Source: Clostridiales bacterium
GTDB lineage: Bacteria > Bacillota > Clostridia > Christensenellales > Aristaeellaceae
Reading direction: 5' to 3'
NCBI GenBank assembly: GCA_012522875.1
Contig: JAAYJP010000262.1
Location: 1-35,474, forward strand
Length of the DNA stretch: 35,474 nt
The translations under genes were made by a program, and so were the position numbers. A model generated the notes under the pieces. That model had not been told where the DNA came from, did no database searches, and worked only from the letters and a program-made list of their open reading frames with translations. Below are positions 15,539-23,722 of this stretch, in pieces (within the stretch, counting starts at the first letter, position 1; every line of letters starts with the position of its first letter).

Positions 15539-16492
15539 ATGCCTCTGGACACTTTTGACAGTTGTGTGGCCCTGTTTGGGCTGAATGACCGCAATATCCG
15601 CACCTTGGAAGATGAACTGATCGTCAACGTTTATCTCCGTGACGGTGAACTGCAAATAATAGGAGACAACGAGAACATACAGACCGCGGAGCAGGTTATC
15701 ACTGAGATGCTCCGCATCATTGAAGCGGGTGAGCATCTGGATGCGGGAAAAATCCGCTATCTGATTCAAATGGCCCGCCAGGGCACCCTTGCCGAAGCCC
15801 GGGACAGCGCAGGTGAAGTAGTTGCGTACACCTATAAGGGTAAGAAAATTAAATGCAAAACAGCCGGGCAATTGTCCTATGTTCAGGCGATCCGAAGCCA
15901 CGGGCTCACCCTCTCGGTTGGTCCCGCGGGTACTGGCAAAACGTTTCTGGCCGTAGCCATGGCAGCCGTTGCGCTTCGCAACAAAGAAGTGGAGCGTTTG
16001 ATTCTAACCCGTCCTGCCGTTGAAGCAGGCGAGAAGCTGGGATTCCTCCCGGGTGACATGGCCCAGAAGGTGGACCCCTATCTAAGGCCCCTGTATGATG
16101 CCTTGTTTGAAATCCTGGGCCTGGAATCCTATCAGCGTTACATGGAGCGCGGCGCAATAGAAGTGGCTCCACTGGCCTTTATGCGTGGACGAACGCTCAA
16201 TGACGCGTTTATCATCCTGGATGAAGCGCAGAACGCGACGCCAGAGCAGATGAAGATGTTCCTTACCCGTATGGGACGCAATGCCAAAGCGGTGGTTAAC
16301 GGTGACCCATCCCAGATTGACCTTCCCCCCACCAGGCGTTCCGGTTTGCTGGCAGCGTTGGATGTGTTGGGAAGCGTTGAAGGCATCCAGATTGTCCGCC
16401 TGGGACGGGACGATGTGGTGCGCAATAACTTGGTGCAGCGCATTGTCAACGCATATGAGAACTACGAGGCCGTGAAAGAAGATAATGTTTGA
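15539..16492 (+). CDS. phoH: PhoH-family ATPase
   Basis: Walker A is GPAGTGKTFLAVA and Walker B is IILDEAQN. Starting at the ATG at 15539 gives about 317 aa, matching typical PhoH. In-frame TTG codons at 15521, 15524 and 15533, just after GGAAAGGAG, are alternative starts. The ORF-track start at 15398 lies upstream of the predicted promoter. Confidence 0.88.
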   Translation: MPLDTFDSCVALFGLNDRNIRTLEDELIVNVYLRDGELQIIGDNENIQTAEQVITEMLRIIEAGEHLDAGKIRYLIQMARQGTLAEARDSAGEVVAYTYKGKKIKCKTAGQLSYVQAIRSHGLTLSVGPAGTGKTFLAVAMAAVALRNKEVERLILTRPAVEAGEKLGFLPGDMAQKVDPYLRPLYDALFEILGLESYQRYMERGAIEVAPLAFMRGRTLNDAFIILDEAQNATPEQMKMFLTRMGRNAKAVVNGDPSQIDLPPTRRSGLLAALDVLGSVEGIQIVRLGRDDVVRNNLVQRIVNAYENYEAVKEDNV

Positions 16493-18743
16493 ACTTCCCG
16501 TATCCCCCAAGGCGATGAATTCACCTTTTCGAAAAAGGGCGGCTGATTACCTTGGTTCCCAAGCCTTCATACGCCTGCTCGCCATCCTGGCGGGTGGGTT
16601 TTTGTGCCTGCTGATTTTCATGGTCTCAATCAGCCCGAAGCGTTACAACCTGGTGGTGGGAATGGTGCCCGACCAGACGATAGCCGCTCACAAGGATGTG
16701 ATCGATGAGGTGACAACCAGGGCTAGCCGTGATGCCGCCGCTGCCGCGGTGGCGCCTACCTATCACTATCAGGAGGGAATCACAGAAGCGGTCATCGCGA
16801 ATCTTGAAGCCGCCCATGCGGAAATGGTGGCAGTCCGGCAATACGCCCAGACGTTGCCTGAGTTTTCGAGCCGGCGGACCTACAGCCAGGATGAGTTGGC
16901 CCTGGCGCACGATATGATCAACCTGGTTGCGTTTCAGGATTTCCAGTTGATTACGCTGATGAACGCTTCCAATGAGCAGTTTGACGAGATGTACCTTGCC
17001 CTGGTTCCCGCCGTGCGCAACACCATGCAGGGCAATGTCATTCAGGGGCAGGAATCCAGCGCTATCAACGGCATCATGCAACTGGTTGGCTACAAAACCA
17101 ACGTAAGCTTGCTGCAAAATGTGGTGCTCCCGGTATTGCGTGAGATTATTGAACCTAACATGGTGGTTGATGCGGAGGCTACAGAATTGGCACGCCAGGA
17201 CGCCTGGAATGCAGTTGAGCCTGTCGTTTTCAAACAGGGACAGAACATTGTGGTGCGCGGCGAGGGGCGGGTCCGGGAAAACCAGATCGCAATGCTCAAC
17301 AGCCTGGGCCTGCTGGATGACAATACCGTCGACTATGCCATGTACCTGGGAGCGTTTGGTATGGTATCTTTCGTCCTGGCCCTGGCTTTTGCTGCGCTGA
17401 AAGTGCTGAAGCCCTCTGTTGCCGGGGAGACCAGGTCCATCATTCTCATTAACCTGGTTATTCTGATCTCCCTGGCACTATCCCTTCTGACCAAGGAAAT
17501 CCAGTTGATCTATCTGGCGCCCTTGGCACTCCCTTTCATGCTGTTAACAGGCACTCTTGGCCCCGTTCCGGCAATTATCGCCGGAACCGCATCCACGGCA
17601 CTGGGGGCTGTCATGATTACCGGTACCGGCAGCGTTATCAGCGACTGGGTAAACCTATTGTCTATTGGTGTTTTCTCAGGCGTCCTGGCGTCACTCCTTT
17701 TAAAGAGCAACTATCAGCGCTCCTACGTGCTGTTGGTAGGGATATTGGTAGGCCTGGCAAACTTCCTTTTGCTGTTTGTATCAGGGCTTCTCACCAGCAT
17801 TAACCTGCAGAGCGCAATGAACAAGGGATTGTGGAGCCTGGTAGGGGCGGCTGTAAGTACGGTATTATGCCTGGCCATCCAGCCTGCGCTGGAATCTGCT
17901 TTTAACCTTCCAACACCTACACGCCTGCTTGACCTGACCAATCCCAACCATCCCCTGCTGAGAAGGCTGCTGCTGGAGGCGCCTGGTACCTACCATCACA
18001 GCATCATTATCGCCAACTTGGCAGAGGCCAGCGCCGAAGCGATCGGGGCCAACCCCCTTCTGGCCCGGGCGGGCGCCTATTTCCATGATATCGGGAAGCT
18101 GAAGCGCCCTCTGTATTTCAAGGAAAACCAGATTGGAACCGGCAATATACACGACAACACAGATCCTCAGGTTTCCGCCGCCATCATCACATCTCATGTC
18201 AGGGAAGGGATTGCCATGGCCCGTCATTACCGACTTCCGCAGGAGATTCAGCAAATTATTGCCGAACACCACGGCGACTCGGTGGTGGCGTTCTTTTATC
18301 ATAAGGCGGTAAAGGAGAGCGCCAACGGTCAACTGAATGACGAGGAGTTCAGATATGCAGGTGTGCCCCCAATGACTGCCGAGGGCGCATTGGTAATGTT
18401 GTGTGATACCATTGAAGCCGCTATCCGTACTTTGAACAGCCCCAGCCAGGAAGAGATTGTCACTTTCATCGACAGCCTCACCCAGAAGAAAATCCAGAGT
18501 GGCCAACTGATAAACGCGCCGCTTACCCTCAAAGACCTTCAGATAATCAGCAGTACCTGCGCCACGGTGTTGAACGGTGTATTCCATGAGCGCATCGAGT
18601 ATCCCGCTGCGCCTGACAAACTGGCTCCCCGGGAAAAGCTCATGGCCCAGCTGCAGCAATTGCGCAAGTCCCCCGCTCCTCCAGCCAAATCGACCGTTGC
18701 CCCATCGCATGAAGAACCTGCCCGGGATAGCGGGAAAGATTAA
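16485..18743 (+). CDS. pgpH: 7TM-HD membrane phosphohydrolase (YqfF/PgpH family, cyclic-di-AMP phosphodiesterase class)
   Basis: 752 aa with an extracellular N-terminal domain and a multi-TM block (about aa 290-470). The HD domain reads HHSIIIANLAEA...AYFHDIGK...AEHHG. The position between phoH and ybeY is conserved. The start overlaps the phoH stop. Confidence 0.88.
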   Translation: MFELPVSPKAMNSPFRKRAADYLGSQAFIRLLAILAGGFLCLLIFMVSISPKRYNLVVGMVPDQTIAAHKDVIDEVTTRASRDAAAAAVAPTYHYQEGITEAVIANLEAAHAEMVAVRQYAQTLPEFSSRRTYSQDELALAHDMINLVAFQDFQLITLMNASNEQFDEMYLALVPAVRNTMQGNVIQGQESSAINGIMQLVGYKTNVSLLQNVVLPVLREIIEPNMVVDAEATELARQDAWNAVEPVVFKQGQNIVVRGEGRVRENQIAMLNSLGLLDDNTVDYAMYLGAFGMVSFVLALAFAALKVLKPSVAGETRSIILINLVILISLALSLLTKEIQLIYLAPLALPFMLLTGTLGPVPAIIAGTASTALGAVMITGTGSVISDWVNLLSIGVFSGVLASLLLKSNYQRSYVLLVGILVGLANFLLLFVSGLLTSINLQSAMNKGLWSLVGAAVSTVLCLAIQPALESAFNLPTPTRLLDLTNPNHPLLRRLLLEAPGTYHHSIIIANLAEASAEAIGANPLLARAGAYFHDIGKLKRPLYFKENQIGTGNIHDNTDPQVSAAIITSHVREGIAMARHYRLPQEIQQIIAEHHGDSVVAFFYHKAVKESANGQLNDEEFRYAGVPPMTAEGALVMLCDTIEAAIRTLNSPSQEEIVTFIDSLTQKKIQSGQLINAPLTLKDLQIISSTCATVLNGVFHERIEYPAAPDKLAPREKLMAQLQQLRKSPAPPAKSTVAPSHEEPARDSGKD

Positions 18744-18747
18744 GAGA

Positions 18748-19635
18748 ATGCGGGTTATTCTATCTGAAGACAGCCAAACCTCTGCCGTGCCGCTTTCTTT
18801 TTTTGAGCGTATTGCACAAGCCGCCGTCCTTCTGGAGGGCCTGGATAAACCCATGTTTCTGTCACTGACACTCACCGATGATGCCGGCATCAGGGCCGTC
18901 AACAGGCAGTGGCGTTACCAGGATACTGCGACAGATGTAATCAGTTTTCCAGCTATCAATTTTTCGCCCCGGGATACTGCCAGTCTAAGGCAGGCGCTTC
19001 CCGCGGATGCCTGGGACAGCGATGAAAGCGCCCATTTCCTTGGGGATATTGTCATTTCTCTGCCCAGGGCCAAGTCACAGGCCGAGGAATACGGCCATGG
19101 CGTGGAAAGGGAACTGTCTTATCTTTTTGTCCATGGGGTGATGCACCTGATGGGCTATGATCATCAAAACCCGGAGGATAAAATAAAAATGCGCGATATG
19201 GAAGAAAAGGCCCTCGCCGGGGCAGCAAACATGGATAACGATGACCGGGCTCTGGTGCAAGCTGCCTGGAAGGCCCGGGAGTATGCCTACACGCCCTATT
19301 CAAACTACAAGGTAGGATCGGCGCTCAGAGCGAAGAGCGGGAAGATATATACGGGTTGTAATATTGAAAATGCTGCCTTTGGCCTCACAAACTGTGCGGA
19401 GCGTACCGCTCTGTTTAAGGCCATCAGCGTTGGCGATATTGAGTTTGATGCCATCGCCATCTCGGCGGATGCTACACCCCCCTGGCCATGCGGTGCCTGC
19501 AGGCAGGCACTTAGCGAGTTCGCGCCCAACATTCGGGTGCTGATCAGCTGGAGTGATGGGAAGGAGAACGCCGAGGCCACACTGGACCAGTTGCTCCCCC
19601 ACAGCTTCTTGAATTTCGTGGAGGATGGGAAATGA
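18748..19635 (+). CDS. In-frame fusion of rRNA maturation endoribonuclease YbeY (N-terminal) and cytidine deaminase (C-terminal)
   Basis: 295 aa. The YbeY zinc motif is HGVMHLMGYDH. After a linker of roughly 25 aa come Cdd motifs YTPYSNYKVGSAL, CAERTALF and PCGACRQ. No stop codon separates the two halves, and no SD precedes the internal ATG. Confidence 0.85.
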   Translation: MRVILSEDSQTSAVPLSFFERIAQAAVLLEGLDKPMFLSLTLTDDAGIRAVNRQWRYQDTATDVISFPAINFSPRDTASLRQALPADAWDSDESAHFLGDIVISLPRAKSQAEEYGHGVERELSYLFVHGVMHLMGYDHQNPEDKIKMRDMEEKALAGAANMDNDDRALVQAAWKAREYAYTPYSNYKVGSALRAKSGKIYTGCNIENAAFGLTNCAERTALFKAISVGDIEFDAIAISADATPPWPCGACRQALSEFAPNIRVLISWSDGKENAEATLDQLLPHSFLNFVEDGK

Positions 19636-20537
19636 GTGGAGGAAGCATTGTGAAAACTCCATTCCATTCTGGCTTTATCAGCATTATTGGCCGCCCCAAT
19701 GTGGGTAAATCCACACTGCTCAACTCGCTGGTGGGCGAGAAAGTGGCTATTGTTACCCCCAAACCGCAAACCACACGAAACCGCATCATTGGCATCCTCA
19801 ACCTCCCTGACGCCCAGCTGGTGTTCGTGGACACACCTGGGATCCATAAACCCCGCACAAAGCTTGGCCAGTTTATGGATAAAAGCATCCAGGACGCCAT
19901 GAAAGGTATCGATGCCCTGCTGGTTGTTCTTGATGCCAGCAAGATCGCATCCCAGGACCGGAGCATCGTCCAGGATATGCGGATGATGAAAGTTCCCAAA
20001 ATACTGGTGCTCAACAAGATCGACTTGGTTCATCCTCAGGAATTGCTTAAACCCATATCGGACTTCGCGGGCGCGGGTTATGATGCTATTGTTCCCCTCT
20101 GTGCCCGAACGGGAGACGGGATTGATGTCCTGAAACGGGAATTGATCTCCCATCTTCCAGAGGGTCCGGCCTATTTCCCCGACAGCATGTGGACCGATCA
20201 GACGGAACGGCAGTTTGTTGCTGAACTGATCCGGGAACAGGCCTTATATGCCTTGCAGGAGGAAATTCCACACGGAATCGGTGTGGAGATCTTGTCCATG
20301 AAGGACAAAAGCGATGAAATGGTTGAAATATTCGCCAATATATTCTGTGAGCGGGAGGCACACAAGCGTATCATTATTGGGAAACAGGGCAAAATGCTTG
20401 GCTCCATCGGAAAAAAATCGCGTGAAGGAATCGAAAAACTGCTGGGCAGACATGTAAACCTTCAGCTGTGGGTCAAGGTGCGCCCTGACTGGCGCAACAC
20501 CCCGGAAGACCTAAGAACGCTGGGCTACGCAGATTGA
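19632..20537 (+). CDS. era: GTPase Era
   Basis: 301 aa with G1 GRPNVGKSTLLN, G3 DTPG and G4 NKID, plus a C-terminal KH domain. GGAGGA lies 5 nt upstream. ATGA overlap with the preceding stop. Confidence 0.95.
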   Translation: MSGGSIVKTPFHSGFISIIGRPNVGKSTLLNSLVGEKVAIVTPKPQTTRNRIIGILNLPDAQLVFVDTPGIHKPRTKLGQFMDKSIQDAMKGIDALLVVLDASKIASQDRSIVQDMRMMKVPKILVLNKIDLVHPQELLKPISDFAGAGYDAIVPLCARTGDGIDVLKRELISHLPEGPAYFPDSMWTDQTERQFVAELIREQALYALQEEIPHGIGVEILSMKDKSDEMVEIFANIFCEREAHKRIIIGKQGKMLGSIGKKSREGIEKLLGRHVNLQLWVKVRPDWRNTPEDLRTLGYAD

Positions 20538-21622
20538 AAAAGAAATTATTGAGGCTTGTATCGGCTGTTTTGCTGTTCTGTTTGCTTTTTCCTGCTCCCG
20601 GTTTGGCGGCGCCTCGGGATTATATGCGTTATTCCCATGTTTTTTTCGGCACCTTTGATACGGTCATTACCATCCTCGCCTATGCCAGAGACCAGGCCGA
20701 ATTTGACGTCTCTGCTGCCGCTGCCGAGGCGGCATTTCAACACTATCACCGGCTGTTTGATCAGTACCACCCTTATGAGGGCGTCAACAATGTATTTACT
20801 TTAAACCGCCAGGCGGCGCTTGCTCCGGTAGTGGTATCGGAGGAGCTTTTTTCCCTTTTGACATACTGTAAAGAAATGCAGCCCAGACTGCACGGCAAAG
20901 TAAACATAGCCATGGGAGCAGTGCTCAGACTGTGGCATGATGCGCGGGAGGTTGCGGAAACAGCACCTGAAGACACGGTGCTGCCCGACATGGCGGCGCT
21001 GCGCGAAGCTGCAGCCCACACTAATATGGATGATGTCATTCTGGATGCAGCGAATAGGTCCGTCTTTTTTGCCGACCCTGATCTTAAGCTTGACGTGGGC
21101 GCTGTAGCCAAGGGGTACGCCACGGAGCAGGCGGCGCAGGAGATGCTGAAAAGCCCGGTATCCCACTTCATCATCAATGCTGGCGGCAATGTGCGCACAG
21201 GCAATCCGCCGCTGGATGGCCGGAACAACTGGGGCGTTGGTATCCAGGACCCGAACGCAGCTATCCTGTCAGCAAGTGACACAGATGTGATTGAACTCAT
21301 TTTCATGCACAATATGTCTTCCGTTACCAGCGGAGATTACCAACGCTATTTCGTTCTGGACGATGTGGTGTACCACCATCTGATTTCCCCTGAGACCCTC
21401 TTTCCCACCCATTTCATGCGCTCTGTCACCGTAATCACAGAGGATTCCGGGCTGGCTGATCTACTGTCCACCGCCCTGTTCCTGATGCCCTATGAAGAGG
21501 GCGCGGCGTTTCTTGACGAACTGGCTCTTCCGGTCGAAGCGGTTTGGGTATTGAATGACGGCAGCATGGAAATGACCGACGGCGCCAAAAAAATGGCCTA
21601 CTCCCATGGAGCGGCCAATTGA
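20534..21622 (+). CDS. apbE: FAD:protein FMN transferase (ApbE family), exported
   Basis: 362 aa. The signal peptide is MKKKLLRLVSAVLLFCLLFPAPGLA, and DVGAVAKGYATE is the typical ApbE motif. The TTG start overlaps the era stop (TTGA), so the start is less certain. Confidence 0.82.
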   Translation: MKKKLLRLVSAVLLFCLLFPAPGLAAPRDYMRYSHVFFGTFDTVITILAYARDQAEFDVSAAAAEAAFQHYHRLFDQYHPYEGVNNVFTLNRQAALAPVVVSEELFSLLTYCKEMQPRLHGKVNIAMGAVLRLWHDAREVAETAPEDTVLPDMAALREAAAHTNMDDVILDAANRSVFFADPDLKLDVGAVAKGYATEQAAQEMLKSPVSHFIINAGGNVRTGNPPLDGRNNWGVGIQDPNAAILSASDTDVIELIFMHNMSSVTSGDYQRYFVLDDVVYHHLISPETLFPTHFMRSVTVITEDSGLADLLSTALFLMPYEEGAAFLDELALPVEAVWVLNDGSMEMTDGAKKMAYSHGAAN

Positions 21623-21634
21623 TTATCCTTTCCC

Positions 21635-22543
21635 CTATCCTGGAAAACGCTGCATCAGGCTGCCGGCCAGATCAATCTGCTCACCCAGGAGCGCGGCGAT
21701 TTTTTCATCACTTGCGGCGTTCCCCTCAATATCCATATCTTTAGCACGCCAACCGGATGCCAGCACATTGCCCACAGAAGCCTTCAGACAGCCGGCTTCT
21801 TTTTTTAGCCCCAAGCTTTCATCAAGCATGGCAACCGTGGCGTCGAGGGCATCAAATAGCCTGGGAGTGAAACCCGGAACACTGCCAGCCAGGTGGACTA
21901 GCCTGCTTTCATCCTGATAAATGCTGTGGGAAAGGCCGGCTCCGCTTAAGCCCCGGTAGAGCCCCAGCAAAAGGTCAGCAGAAGCCGTGTCGGCCAGAAA
22001 AATGTGCTCGCGCTGTGGAAACTGAAGCGGCTTGGCGACTGCCGCAGCCAACGGCAGGGCTTCAGGCGCTGACAGCGCGTAGGGGCTTGCTGTCTTGCCG
22101 ACTGCTTCCTCCCAGAGCCTTGCCCTGTCGCCAGATACCACAGCCCACACCATAGCCTCCCTGGCGCCAGCAACTCCAAGCACTTTCCGCGCAGCGTTCA
22201 CTGCTGCGTCAAGGCCTGGCCTAAAGGGCGAAACGCATGAAAGCGTCGGGAAATCCGGAACCCGCAGAAGAGAAAAATCCTTTAGCCCTTCAGGCAATTC
22301 CAGCGTCGTCGTCCTGATATGAGCATCAAAAACCTTGAACAGGGAAGCTTCTGACAGCACCGCCAGGATGGCTTGTGCCTCCTCGGCCGCAAGAGAAACT
22401 GCCTCTGGCCCGTCCAACTGCACGTCTTTCATGACAAAGCTGTGGCCAAAAGCGATGGCAATATCGCTGATAGTCTGCTGACACATTCGCAAAAGAGCCT
22501 TGCCCATCAAACTGTCGGACACCATCAGAATTTTGGCGCGCAT
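21635..22543 (-). CDS. Hypothetical protein with a degenerate isocitrate/isopropylmalate dehydrogenase-like sequence pattern
   Basis: 302 aa. It is collinear by eye with IPMDH landmarks, but most catalytic positions are substituted (see findings). ATG with GGGAG about 9 nt upstream, 5 nt after the capA-like stop. Confidence 0.6.
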   Translation of the reverse strand: MRAKILMVSDSLMGKALLRMCQQTISDIAIAFGHSFVMKDVQLDGPEAVSLAAEEAQAILAVLSEASLFKVFDAHIRTTTLELPEGLKDFSLLRVPDFPTLSCVSPFRPGLDAAVNAARKVLGVAGAREAMVWAVVSGDRARLWEEAVGKTASPYALSAPEALPLAAAVAKPLQFPQREHIFLADTASADLLLGLYRGLSGAGLSHSIYQDESRLVHLAGSVPGFTPRLFDALDATVAMLDESLGLKKEAGCLKASVGNVLASGWRAKDMDIEGNAASDEKIAALLGEQIDLAGSLMQRFPG

Positions 22544-22548
22544 GTTCC

Positions 22549-23712
22549 CTACTCCCAGTCCACCGGGTAAAAGTCCACGGCATACTCGAGCCCCTTGCCG
22601 TTTGATTTGAGCATGTTGATCACATTGTCAATCAAGCGTTGGTCGGTAAATGGCGTAGGCGCAAAATCATTGTAGTCGGTCTTTGAGGAAATGCGGCTGG
22701 GAATGATTCGGAACGTATCGGTTTCCACCTCAGCTCCTTTGATATTAAACCGGATCTGGAACAGAAAAGTGCTCATATCGCTGGGTTTTGTGTTTCCGGC
22801 AAAACTGAAGTTCCCCAAAGAATAGACGATGTACTTGCCTTGATAACGCTCAATGGGGTTGATGCGGTGGCTGTGGTGTCCCAGCACCAGGTCAGCGCCG
22901 GAGTCGATGGTGAGCCGTCCAAGCTTGATTTGGTTTTCGTTGGGCTTGTAATCCAGTTCCGCTCCCCAGTGATAGCTGACAATCACGATATCATGCTCCG
23001 CTTTGGCCCGGGCTACATCAATGGGTACCTGCTCAAACAAGCCAGGGTAACGTCCGTCAAAAGTTTGGTAGGACAGCATGGCAATGGATACGCCCTTCAC
23101 CTCATACACGCCCATTTGCTCAGCCGTGCTCCATACGATGCCGGCGTCAGTCAGCGTCTGCTTGGTTTCTTCAAGCCCCGATTCGCCGTGATCCATCACA
23201 TGGTTGTTTTCCAGCGCCACCGCCTCAATGCTGCCATTGGTGAGAAACTGCACATATTCAGGAGGCGCAGAAAAGACAAACTGGTTGTTGGTTTTGTACA
23301 CCGGCCGTGTGGTGAGGGTGGACTCAAAATTCACGATGGTCATGTCATCACCCTCAAAAATGTCCTGTACATTTCGGCAGATCAGGTTGGGGTTGTTATC
23401 CTGCTTTTTGAGTTCCCGGTCAAAAATGGAATCACCGCTGCGGCGGATATCGCCACCGATGGTGGTATCCCCCGCCGCAGTGATGATGATCTGAACGGTA
23501 CCGTCCGGAAGTGTGGGAACGGGCACGGGTGTGGGGGTCACCTGAGGCATACCACCCGGGCTTTCCTGGGTACCCAGCGTCAGCTCTGTTTCAGGCGGAG
23601 GTGAAATAAGTTGCGCGATGGACACCTCCTCATCTGCTGCGGCGAAAGGAAAGGCGTTAATGACCAGCGCCAGTGCTATGAGCAGTGATGTGAGTTGGCG
23701 TTTTCCAAACAT
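22549..23712 (-). CDS. Secreted CapA/PGA_cap-family metallophosphatase-like protein
   Basis: 387 aa with signal peptide MFGKRQLTSLLIALALVINAFPFAAA and a Pro/Thr-rich linker. CapA-type motifs are ITAAGDTTIGGD, ALENNHVMDHG, SYHWGAE and VLGHHSH. Confidence 0.8.
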   Translation of the reverse strand: MFGKRQLTSLLIALALVINAFPFAAADEEVSIAQLISPPPETELTLGTQESPGGMPQVTPTPVPVPTLPDGTVQIIITAAGDTTIGGDIRRSGDSIFDRELKKQDNNPNLICRNVQDIFEGDDMTIVNFESTLTTRPVYKTNNQFVFSAPPEYVQFLTNGSIEAVALENNHVMDHGESGLEETKQTLTDAGIVWSTAEQMGVYEVKGVSIAMLSYQTFDGRYPGLFEQVPIDVARAKAEHDIVIVSYHWGAELDYKPNENQIKLGRLTIDSGADLVLGHHSHRINPIERYQGKYIVYSLGNFSFAGNTKPSDMSTFLFQIRFNIKGAEVETDTFRIIPSRISSKTDYNDFAPTPFTDQRLIDNVINMLKSNGKGLEYAVDFYPVDWE

Positions 23713-23722
23713 GAATGATCTC

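Noticed and set aside
17865-18902. A 345-aa minus-strand ORF.
   Set aside because: It is antisense to the HD domain of pgpH and to the start of ybeY. It has no recognisable domain and is a shadow ORF in a GC-rich region.
19305-20153. A 282-aa minus-strand ORF.
   Set aside because: It is antisense to cdd and era, both of which have unmistakable motifs. It has no independent signals.
21623-21634. A 12-nt gap between the convergent apbE and Iso_dh-like genes, examined for a bidirectional terminator.
   Set aside because: No stem-loop or T-tract fits in or around the gap. Termination may occur inside the opposing coding sequences, but nothing can be called from the sequence.
22840-23604. A 254-aa plus-strand ORF.
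   Set aside because: It is antisense to the CapA-like gene, with no motifs or translation signals.
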